64,000 nt of DNA from Octopus sinensis (Eukaryota). Location of the stretch: NCBI RefSeq assembly GCF_006345805.1, contig NC_043002.1, positions 41,292,001 through 41,356,000 on the forward strand, written 5' to 3'. Made by a program: the position numbers and the translations under genes. Positions 13,020 through 23,639 of this stretch are shown one piece after another (position 1 is the first letter of the stretch; the number at the start of each line of letters is the position of its first letter). The notes below the pieces were generated by a model. It saw nothing but the letters and a program-made list of their open reading frames with translations. It did not search any database and was not told where the DNA came from.

Positions 13020-13699
13020 TTATAGAGCAAGAAAGAGGAATTAAGCTGGAAGCCAGAAGGAGATTATGCTGACTAATGGTTCGGGGTTGAAACATCCAAT
13101 GATCGTTGGATACCATCTGAAGACATCTGGTCAAAGTTACAGTCATCAAAAGTAAAAGAAGAAACCTCTTCTCTTATATGTGATCAATATCTTCTGATCA
13201 ATTCACTCAATCATATATCAGATTAATGGGGTTCAGTCACAGACTAGAGTCCCCCAGTTTGCTTACCCCATTAAACTTAGGTTTTGGTTCTGATTACAAG
13301 CTGCCTGTAATAGTTTATGGTATTTGTAACTAGCTATATTCCAAGTATAGCATATTCAGCATTCTTTGCCAGATACCTTCTTCGGTCACGAGAGATTCTT
13401 ATTTCACAGTTGTTGTTGTTGTCGTCGTCGTCATTGTGTAAAGACCTGCATCAGTCCTGAATAAATAGTCCTATGGCAAACACGTGGTCATGCAAACGAT
13501 GAAACGGCGAGGTGCGACCTCAAAATCCGTCTTCCCGGTTATACTACGCTTCCGTTTTGGTTAGTGACCGTAATGCACACACCGACATGCAGTGATGAAT
13601 CCTATGGAGAGCAGTGTGACAGCTCGGTCATATTAATTCTCGGTCAGCTGTGACGGAAGAAATGTATGTACGTGGAAGTGCATGGCTTAATGGTTAGGG

Positions 13700-15790
13700 C
13701 AGTGTTTCTCTACGTGGGACGTGGAAAATTGGGGTGGGGCGTGCGTTAGCGTGGGTTGTGAAAATTTTTGCAAGTGACTTGAGCGCACACTTGTCGATCC
13801 TAAACCTATATTTTGGGCATTGAAATGAAAAAAAAAGCATCACCAGGCAATATTTATACTTGAACCGTGGGAATCGATGTAGCTACGACCAATCGAGTGA
13901 GGTATCTGCATTTGTTAGGCGCTTGTTTCTCTGTTTCAATATCTATCGTCCAGCGTCAAGTGTTTATAAAAAAAGTAGCAGTCAACTCTGCTCACTATTG
14001 CTGATTGATGCTTCGAATCTCTTTCTTTCTATGCTGTGCAAAAATCGTGATCTCCATCACTTCATCGCTTTCTTGGATTTGTGTCAGCCCCTTTTAAAAT
14101 GAGTAAACAAAGCAAGAAGAAGACTCGTCAATATTCGGTGGAGTTTTTGAAGTTTGGGTTTATTCCTGATGAGTATGATGAGCGTAAACCGTTCTGCTTA
14201 TTGTGTCATCAGAAAATGAGTCAATAAGGGCAGGCAGGCTTTAAAATGCACTTGAGGATAAGACGTCCCAACAATTCTAATTCAGATTTGGAGTACTTCA
14301 ATTCACTGAAAGGAAATTTTGAAAACCGAACAATACTCACTTCACTATATGCTACACAACATGCGTCCCCCATTCGTGCCCTCAAAGCCAGCTACGAAAT
14401 TTCTCTGCTTAGAACAAAGCATAGAAAGAATCACTTTTGCAGAGCAACTGATTAAACTAGATATCTCAATGTTCTTAAAAACTGTACAACAAAATGATGA
14501 TAGATATGTCAGGGCCATGCCACTCAGTAATAACACTGTATCCAATAGAATTGATGAAATAGGGCAAGATGTTGAAAACCAGCTTATTTGAGACATTAAA
14601 ATGACGAAAATTCTCATTACAAATGGATGAATCCACATTTCGGGACAGTGAGGCCCTGTTATTGACTTATGTAAGGCTTTCGGGAAGCGAAGTTGTTTTG
14701 CGAATCATTGGAAACAACCACAACAGCAAAGGATATCCACAGCAAACTTAAACATTATTTGGATGCAAGCAAAATACCTAAAGAAAACTTACTGTCATGC
14801 ACGGCAGACGATGCACCTGCTATGATGGGCAAGAAAAGGGGATGCTTAGAAATGATGGAGGATGAAAATCCAAACATGTTGATTGTCCATTACGTCATAC
14901 ACCGAGAAAACCTGGTTGCCAAGAAACTTCCTCTGTTCTTAACGAGGTTCTACGAGCCGTGATCAAATGTGTCAATAGCATTAAAGCAAATCCCAAAGCC
15001 GAACGTCTTTTAAGCAGTTTTGTGTAAATCAAAGTTCCGAGCATGTTCAATTATTGCTTCATACAGAAGTAAGATGGCTATCAAGTGGAAATAACTTTAA
15101 AAGGTTCATGGAATTATTTGATCAGCTTAATGACTTTTTCGGTAATAAATGTGAGATGAAAATGCTGTCAACAACGGATGGAAAAGCGTTTGTCAATTAT
15201 TTGACAGGCATCTTTGAGAAACTTGGAAACTCGAATAAACAACTCCAATGTGCAAACATGATGCTTGCTGGTGCGAAAGCAAAGATTTTTGGATTCATTA
15301 CAGCCCTCGAAATATGCCAAAAAAATCTTTCCAAAAGCAATTTCAGTCAGTTATACTACTTGAGATAACAAATGATGCTGCTACCGTAATTATTGACCAT
15401 TTAAATATCTTAATAAAGGACTTCAACGACAGATTTTGTGATTTGAAGGCAATGAATTATTTTTTTTCCATTGGTTAACTCAACCACTGCTGATTGACAT
15501 TTCATTTCTGATGTTTGTAATTGAATACCAAGAAGCGTTATCCGAATTACGACATGATGAATCAGTGAAGACTTTGTTTAAATTGAACGGTGCAAATATG
15601 TGGCTATGTGACGAGGTTGAAAGAAAATACCCCGACATCTCTACATCAGCAAGAGAACTATTGATTCATTTTTTTCTTCATCTTATTTTATCGAATGTGG
15701 ATTCAGTCCAGTTGACAATGTGCTAGAATCCAAGAAAAACTGGCTTAAAATTACAAAACGTAGCGATTTACAGCTGATGTTAACGAAATG
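13700..15790 (+). mobile_element. hAT Buster/SCAND3-ZBED8-like transposon, decayed transposase, right end lost
   Basis: Left TIR cagtgtttctc after 8-mer ggtTAggg; BED finger KTRQYSVEFLKFGF..PFCLLC; SCTADDAPAMMG, HYVIHRENLVAK, LHTEVRWLS and C-terminal SDLQLML motifs over several frames. Confidence 0.9.
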
Positions 15791-15809
15791 GTCTCCTCAA
15801 TGTATTTAC

Positions 15810-15840
<31 letters not shown>

Positions 15841-15901
15841 TGTATGTATGTATGTATGTATGTATGTATGTATGTATGTATGTATGTATGTATGTATGTA
15901 T

Positions 15902-16226
15902 GTCATTATACAGTTTTATTTCAAGAAATCTTGCTAGTAGAGAATGGTTCCTAATCATTAGAATTTCAACAACACCAACAGTGTATTTTTGTATGTATGT
16001 ATATATGTATATATGCAAATTGGTATGCTTTGTTTTATGCATGTATGCTCGTGCATATAGTTGCATATCTAGACATGGTCATATATACTTAAATGATAAA
16101 CTTCTGGAAAGTTTTACAGATTTTTACAGTTCTGGTGATGAATTGGATTTGTAGTCTTCGAATTAGCTTTCTTCTTTCTAATTTCTCAAGATTGGTATTT
16201 AGGCAGTATGTTACATATGCCAGCTG
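15902..16226 (-). mobile_element. 5'-truncated RLE LINE 3' end flanked by (TATG)n on both sides
   Basis: Homologous to the 3' ends at 29074-29560, 57441-57690 and 61150-61547. Confidence 0.85.
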
Positions 16227-16227
16227 T

Positions 16228-16266
16228 ACGTATGTATGTATGTATGTATGTATGTATGTATGTATG

Positions 16267-16297
<31 letters not shown>

Positions 16298-16590
16298 GCA
16301 TGCATTTATGTGTATATGTAAGCATTCATGAATGTATGTAAGCAAGCATGCATGTATGTAAGCAAGCATGCAAGTATGTATGTATATATGTAAGCATGTA
16401 CGTACGTATGTGTATATGTAAGCATTCATGTATGTATGTAAGCATGTATGTATGTAAACATGTATGTATGTAAGCATGTATGTATGTATGTATGTATGTA
16501 CGTATGTATGTATGTATGTATGTATGTATGTATGTATGTATGTATGTATGTATGTATGTATGTATGTATGTATGTATGTATGTATGTATG
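16228..16590. repeat. (TATG)n compound microsatellite
   Basis: Directly visible; also 15792-15901. Confidence 0.98.
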
Positions 16591-18357
16591 TGGAGTGTGA
16601 TTTGTGGTGGTTGCTATTTCTAGCAAATCGAGCAACCGTGTAAATGCCCCCATCCATCATCTCTAGGTTTCATGTTTATATATGCAGGCTCTGCTATAAC
16701 TGCATGGAATATATCTTTCTACTGAAAGTATTTTACAACGACGAGATCCCTGTGAATTTTGGTATTTCTAAAAAAAAACCCTTCATGATGTCTAGGTTTT
16801 CTCTGAACAGCTCTTCAGTCTAAATTGGGATCATAATAGCTATTAGTTCTTTCTTCCTCCCCTTCCTGCCTTGTATTATACGTGATAGGTGTCACATGCT
16901 TGGGGTTGATTGTACAGGCATATCTCGTATCATCCTGTGTCGTTAAGATGTCGTTAAAGGTCGCTTATCTAAAAATAGATACAATCAATTAGTTTTTCTC
17001 CTTGACTAGAGTTTCGTTAATTATACTGCAGTAAACTTCACACGTCTGTGGATCCTCTTTACCAAAATAGATTCCAAACTGCCAAATTTGTCCGTTGTGC
17101 TTCAGATGTAAGGGAAAATAGTTAGTTTGCGGTAATCGACACTTTACATGTTACAATCTCCATGGTGATTTTCATAAGCAATTACTTCGTTGGCAACCAC
17201 TAAAGATATGGAATCCATTACAGAGCATATCAGTTTGGTGAAGCTAATCTCTTTCCAAGCTATATTCAAGCGAGGAACTCTACCGCTGCAAGCTAATCGA
17301 GCACACGTTGACTTTTACTACTTGTTACGGTGTATTGTACCAGCTTGCAAGTATGTGGGCTGTCTTGATTAAGGACATTGAAATATCGATTATGGAATAT
17401 TATTCTCTAACACTTCGACTCTAGTTGTTTGGTGTGAAGTAAACCGTTTCCTGGATTCTTAGCCAGGAATCGAAACCTAAGTCTAGATTTTTCTATTAGC
17501 TCCTTTCTGTTGTTCTCGTCGTTAGAACTTAGAAATGAGAGTCAATTGTCACACTTAGATCAGTTCTATTGCGTAAGTTAACATTTGTACAAAAAATATT
17601 AAATACTATTTTTTTTTAATTGAAGCAAAAGTGCAACGAATAGCTTCTTAGATTCTTTGTCATGATTCGAAACTTAGCCTAGATTTTTCTACCTGTTGTT
17701 CTTGGCTTTTGCACTAGGAAATTTATGAGTGTCAACTGTTAACCTGTGACCGTTCGAGTCAAACTTGTGACCGTTCGAGTCAAACTTGGGTCAGGGCAGA
17801 TAGGAGAGGGAAAATCCTTTGTTTAGCCTGACCTAATTTAGTGATAAAAAATATAAATGCGGAACCCAAATTCGGTTCTACTTCCTTTTGAATGGCACCG
17901 GGCCAAAGGAGTTCTTCACGTATGGCCCATCATCTACATAACTTTCACCCTCTCTATTTGTCTAAATTCTCTTACTCTTTCTTTTCCTTTTTTCCATCCG
18001 TTCTTCTAGCAGTCGATAATAGATGAACATAGCTACCTACAGAAAGAATAACAGAAAGACAGGTAATCTATGTATAATAACAAATCGAAGAAGTTGTATC
18101 TAACATTGTAACGATCAAATAAAAGGCCATATCAACTAATTATTTTTCTTCCACTCATTTATTTACTCATTACAATTTTCGGTGACCCCTTGCAACATAT
18201 TATCGTTACACATTCGTAAGTTTAAAATAGTTCAGTAGAGACAAACTCATTAAATTTCCATTGTTCTCTGGCCTACATCCAACTTTCCAACATGTATAAA
18301 TTCGAACCCACTCTGAATATTTTGAGGACAGTTAGTTTTCGCTTTCGAACATAACGC

Positions 18358-18358
<1 letters not shown>

Positions 18359-18440
<82 letters not shown>

Positions 18441-18452
18441 TCTCTCCCTCTC
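18359..18452. repeat. (TC)n microsatellite
   Basis: Directly visible. Confidence 0.98.
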
Positions 18453-18954
18453 CCACGTCATTTTCTTCCTAGCACCGCAACCAACACTAAAAGTGCGCTA
18501 GCTTCCTCGAATCGCACTTTGTTACTCATATCATAAATACATTAAAAAAAGATGGATGCTTAAGCCATCCATCATTTCAAAAACCCCATTAACTTGTAAA
18601 TCCATTTCCTGATAATCTTAATCGTGGTTTTTCATTAATATTCAAGACTATAAAATTCTACAAATGTTTCTTTGAATCCTCTTAAGCTTTAGAACTGGAC
18701 TCTTCTTTCTTATAAGACTCTATCTCAATCAAACGAAAGATTCCTCTTTGTGGTCTCTTGACCCGTAAAGCAAGTAAACCTCCACCAAATTACATCCTGC
18801 TATCTCAGAAAAGAAAGACAAAAAAGGTAATGTAATCTTAATTACGCTATACTTCAAGATAAAAGAGTGCCTTTGATTACAGGTCTGTTTAATTCGATCT
18901 AACTGTTGCTATGCAACAGCAGTAACTATATTTCAATAGTAACTAGGTTTTGGG

Positions 18955-19420
18955 GAACTACATCTCACTCAGCCATACTCTTGCTCGATAGGGCTGGGAC
19001 CATCCCAGGTTAGTGGCCCCAGCGGCGTCATCGTGCGTAGAGCCGACCAGGTCCACCAATGCACCTCCCCGTGCCATTGCTGGCGGTCCCATGCCAGCCT
19101 CTCTACATCGGCGGCATACAGGGGTCCGTTCCGATGTTAGGCCCTCCGGTTTCTTCTGGTCGATGTCCTAACAGGTTGAGGGTTCTTCTGGTTGGGTTGT
19201 TGGCCCTCTGCAGAACAATTAGATGATATGGCTGCCATCTTAACGACAGGCCGAAGCGCCGTGAGTCACCGGTAGTCTGGAACCTCCCCGGGAGATCGGA
19301 TCGCCTAGGTTGGCCGTACCTAGAGCAAAACTCCAGACGGTAATGTTCTCTCGAATCTACGGAACACGCAAGGCCTCTCACCACGAGGCCAGACTCATCA
19401 TGACTACATCTGGTTATATG
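18955..19420 (-). mobile_element. GC-rich LINE 3' fragment, possibly RTE clade
   Basis: GC-rich island; minus-strand DVERLAWDRQQW resembles the RTE C-terminal A.DR..W motif; otherwise frameshifted. Confidence 0.4.
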
Positions 19421-19629
19421 GTGCTGGGTCGAACAGTTAATAATCCTAATCATAATACCATTAATATCTCTACACCAAAAGCCTGTGTTAAGAATCTGGA
19501 AAGATTGTCTATCAAGCTCGAAATTGATATTGAGCAGCAGAAGAAGAGGGTATCACAACTGCTGTCAGCTCCATATTCGCTCCTATTAAACTAATTTATT
19601 ATCAAAAGTGTTCCAACCGTAATGATTCC

Positions 19630-19705
19630 GTCTTTACTTTTTTCTTTTATTTGTTTCAGTCATTGGACTACTGCCATGCAAAGACACACATAAAGCTGCA
19701 TGTAA

Positions 19706-19785
<80 letters not shown>

Positions 19786-19910
19786 CGGCGGGTTTCTTTC
19801 AGTTTTCGTCTACTAAATCCACTCACAAGGCTTTGGTTAGCCCGAGGCTATAGTAGAAGACACTTGCCCAAGGTGCCTGCCAGCGGGACTGAACCTGGAA
19901 CCATGTGGCT
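19630..19910 (-). mobile_element. SINE family B, partial
   Basis: Reverse complement of head and core (cacttgcccaagg, aaatccactcacaagg) with internal (TG)n. Confidence 0.85.
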
Positions 19911-20789
19911 AGGATTTATTTTCTGATTTATTTTCTATCCAGTAGATTTATTTTCCGATCTGTGTGTCTAGGACGGTGCCGACGAACTAATGACTCGCGT
20001 GACAACAGTAACATACCGCAGGATTTTAAGTGACACGCAATGAGACTTTGAAAAATATCTCCCTGCAATATTATATGATAAAAAGAATAACTATAAGAAT
20101 TAAACAAAAACTAAAATACACATATATATAGATTTGGCACTCCAATAAACAGAGTTGTTAAAGAAATTATTAACGTCGAAGTTGATAATAGGTTTGTTTT
20201 CACTGATCTAGTATACAGATCTGTATAGGATTGTTCAATGAATTCCTCCTTTTTAGGACAACAGGATTTGATTTGTGGGAGATTTTATTCTAGTGGGTAA
20301 AGCGAACCTGTAGAAGCGCCTTCGTTAGCTCGAAAAGCTCACTTAGTATAATTGACGAGTATTTCATCGACTGATTGTGCTTTGATCAAATACCTCTAAG
20401 GATGTGGAGCTGACTTCAAGAAACAGCTCGGGGAATTTTTAGAAGATAGATGTCATGTGTCTGCGATCAATAGAACCAATTTCTCATCAACGGGCTCTAT
20501 TTGGCATTCATGAGTAAAACTACATAACAGAGGTGACCAAGCTGTTTAATAATGTATATACATACATACATACATACATACATACATACATACATACATA
20601 CATACATACACACACACACATATACAAAAATATATATATATACATATATGCATATATACACCAGTGTGTGTGTGTGTGCACATATATATACACGCATAAG
20701 TCGTCTAAAAGTCTACAAGTCAAAAAAATATGCACTCGTATACTTGTCAATAGAGTGAGTATGTTATCCGAAGTATACAATATTATATA

Positions 20790-20893
20790 ACCATCACGGT
20801 TGATCTTACCAATCGGTTTCGCGCTAGTGATACAACGGAATGTTAGGTAACAATCCGATTATATAACCCTACGCTCATCAGAGGTAGCCGATA
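20790..20893 (-). ncRNA. Predicted type I hammerhead ribozyme
   Basis: Minus strand: CTGATGA (20881-20875), stem II GCG..CGC closing a 54-nt irregular hairpin, GAAA (20820-20817), stem III ACC-GATT-GGT, GTA cleavage triplet (cut between 20807 and 20806). Stem I is imperfect (acct/agat, then cgg/ccg). Confidence 0.62.
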
Positions 20894-20978
20894 TGAAATG
20901 AAATATGGCGACTTATTCCATTCGATATCGGCTACCTCTGATGAGCGTAAGGTTACATAATCACATTGTTACCTAACA
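20841..20978. repeat. 138-bp inverted repeat (54-bp arms, 4 mismatches)
   Basis: 20841-20894 is the reverse complement of 20925-20978; the 30-nt spacer can pair further to leave an ~8-nt loop. Confidence 0.95.
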
Positions 20979-21889
20979 CTAGAGATGTAGTACAGTAGCA
21001 TTAAAAGTTAGTATTTCATAGTAGTTTCGAAAGCTGCGTGCTTTCGGCGGCTATAGCTTACACATTGTTGTAATGTAGCATAATTTCTTTCCCGAGCACC
21101 AGGAGACAAATTTATATTGTTGCTTAGGCTTAGATCAGCTCTCATCGTGCAGGCCTATAATAGAAGGCGTTCCATCGTGACTGTTCTATCTGTTTGTATA
21201 TCTATGTCTAAGTCGTCTAAGACACAAATGAGTAACGAACAAGAGTGAGGTTATGCTATAGTCATGCCGTTCTTGAAGAGTATTACGGATATAAAAGAGG
21301 AGTCGCATTCGACTTAGATTTACAAAAGACCCAACGATAGAGGCTTACTTGTAGTATCATCCCCAGACATTTTATGGGTGCTGCGTTACCGAGACTCAAG
21401 AAGCTAATGGGCTTATGAATAAAACAATTCCGTTATATTTCGATGGAGATGCAGACCCACTTCATCGCTTATATCACTCGAGCTCATGACTGCCTAAAGA
21501 TGGCACTGTTTACATGGCCCTATAAGAAATAGCAGCCAAATCTCTCTCGAATTACATCCTAGTGTACTTAGGAAAAGTTTGGAGGGAGGGAGGGAGAAAC
21601 GATTGTTGGAGAATACTAAGTCTAAACGGACATATTACGATAAAATTAAAATTTATGGATGGGAGCAAAGTTAAAATTCTGCTCAGATAAAAGGGAAATC
21701 ATTATTCTAACCAGGCTATAAACGTAAATGTAAAAAAAAAAAAAGAAAAAAGAATCTTAGGAAAACAGAGAAAAGCGAAAAGGAAAAACCTAAAATTTAA
21801 AAGATAGACTCATAGGGAACGATTTTTGCAGCTCGATCTGTGATAAAAGGAAAATATTTTGTAAAATTTATGATGTCAGGAGGTAATAT

Positions 21890-22200
21890 ATTTAGAATAA
21901 TATATTTATTCCTATGTAATATTTCGAAGGATTCTCTATAGAAGAAATTACGTGCTATCCGACTTCCTTGATACGGTTTGCCTATCTTCATGTTATACAA
22001 GTAGATATGCAATGTTTTTGGCCTTTAGGTGATGAATGAAAATTGTCAGTATTGTCAGCGAAGTAGAAGTTGGCGCTTAATGTTAGGCAAGAAGTTGATA
22101 TGTGCCAAGTAGCAACGCTTAAAATTAATTGTAGATCCGATGTATATTTTGGTGGATTTGAGGTGGACAGTGAATGTGCACTTATAGACAACACAGTAGC
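21890..22200 (-). mobile_element. Penelope-like element GIY-YIG endonuclease relic
   Basis: Minus frames give CVVYKC..KIYIGSTINFKRCYLAH, STSL..IFIHHLKAKNIAY and KPYQGSRIARNFFYRESFEIL..ILN, matching the PLE GIY-YIG layout; frameshifted. Confidence 0.65.
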
Positions 22201-22254
22201 ATAAACAGTGACCACTCAAAGGCCACCTATTTGCATAAAATGCATTATAATTCT

Positions 22255-22470
22255 TTCTAATACAGGCACAAGGCCTGAAATTTTGGTGGAGAGGAGAGGG
22301 CTAGTTGAATCCATCGATCTCAGTGCTCAACTGGTAGTTATTTTATCGACCCCGAAAGGATGAAAGACAAAGAGGATTTCGGGGGAATTTGAAGTCGGAA
22401 TGTAAAGCCGGAAGAAATTTAGCTAAGCTTTTTGACCGGTGTGCTAACGATTCTGCCAGCTCAACGCCGT
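22255..22470 (-). mobile_element. SINE family A (older subfamily)
   Basis: Reverse complement of head, B-box and core. Confidence 0.8.
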
Positions 22471-22622
22471 GTATTATAATATCGACCACTCATTGAATAT
22501 TCGAAACAACTGTAAAAGTTTAGTTACACAGTGAAAATATATGTAACATCTCGTATAAATGCATTCCGTACACCTATAATTGTCTGTCTCTCTTTAATCT
22601 TTTACTCTCACACACACACACA

Positions 22623-23506
22623 CAAGATGTATTCAAAAAGTATCTGACTTTATTTTTCTTGACAAAACTAATGCCACGTGGGTAAAATCCTTGAGGTGGT
22701 GGCTAACGCTACTCTTCCTGCGCATGCGTAAAAGTTTTCGCGCTGGGAGGCTGTATCAGTTCCCGGATGTTATGCCTAGAGTACAGACGTGTAGTGCGCG
22801 TTCGGTGGATTTTCGTTTCCACACCAAGATGATTGAATGTATCGAGGCAAAAAGCATAAACCCACGTCTCAACACCAGTGAAGATGGTCTTCATGAATCT
22901 GGGTCGTACTTTGCACAGTGCAGTATGTCCTGAACGATTTCCATGCGGAGTTACTTCTGGTGTTCTGCTAACACCTTGGGAACGAATTTTGCCGATTATC
23001 TCCGCATGCATACACAAACTTTCTGTTTAAAAGGAATGCACTGTTCCTGTACTTATTTCCACTTCGTGAGCGATTTCCTGGATTGTTACATGACGGTCAC
23101 CCATGACTATTCGCCGAATTTTCTCAATCGGCTCCTCGTTTCGGCTTGTAGATGGCCTGCCAGAGCTTTCCATTGAGGAACGGCCATGTTTGAAGCGGTT
23201 GTACCACTCCTTGATCTGAATTTGGTATCATCGTCAAACACCTACTGAAAATTCAGCAGGCCCTGAATATCACCAAGCTTTCGGTAAAACTTGATGCAAT
23301 GTTCCTGCTCGATTCGTTCGGTGAAAACGAAAATCCGACGAGCGCGCAGTACACGTCTGTTCCCTAGGCGCAACAGTTGGGAACTGACGCGGCATGCCGA
23401 CATGAAATTTTTCGCGCATACGCAAGAAGGGTGTCATCATCTTCCGCCCAAAGGATTTTTCCCACACAAAAAAACATACAGACGGGTACATTTTGAACGC
23501 ATCTCG
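22623..23506 (-). mobile_element. Non-autonomous mariner composed of two inward-facing 5' ends
   Basis: Right TIR ttttgaacgcatctcg|TA, left caagatgtattcaaaa; minus-strand transposase N-terminus (RIEQEHCIKF..QIKEWYNRFK.GR) to FTGVETWVY; left ~230 bp is a diverged inverted copy of the 5' end including MIECIE. Confidence 0.8.
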
Positions 23507-23639
23507 TACACACACGCGCACAAACACATACCAAACATACATACAAGTGTGCGTGCGTGCGCGCGCGCGTGTGTGTGTGTGTATCTGTGTGTGTGTGTGT
23601 ACGTGCGTGCGTGTGTGTATGATGTTTGGAGACAGCAAA

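Noticed and set aside
17010-17107. Open exon-like 98-nt segment (SFVNYTAVNFTRLW..)
   Set aside because: No recognisable homology, and the opposite strand (QIWQFGIYFGKEDP) weakly resembles a CACTA/Mirage transposase; cannot be resolved without searches.
20405-20460. Open frame CGADFKKQLGEFLED
   Set aside because: More like the FK..LD.FL C-terminus of CR1-type LINEs than a host exon; the frame closes with a stop.
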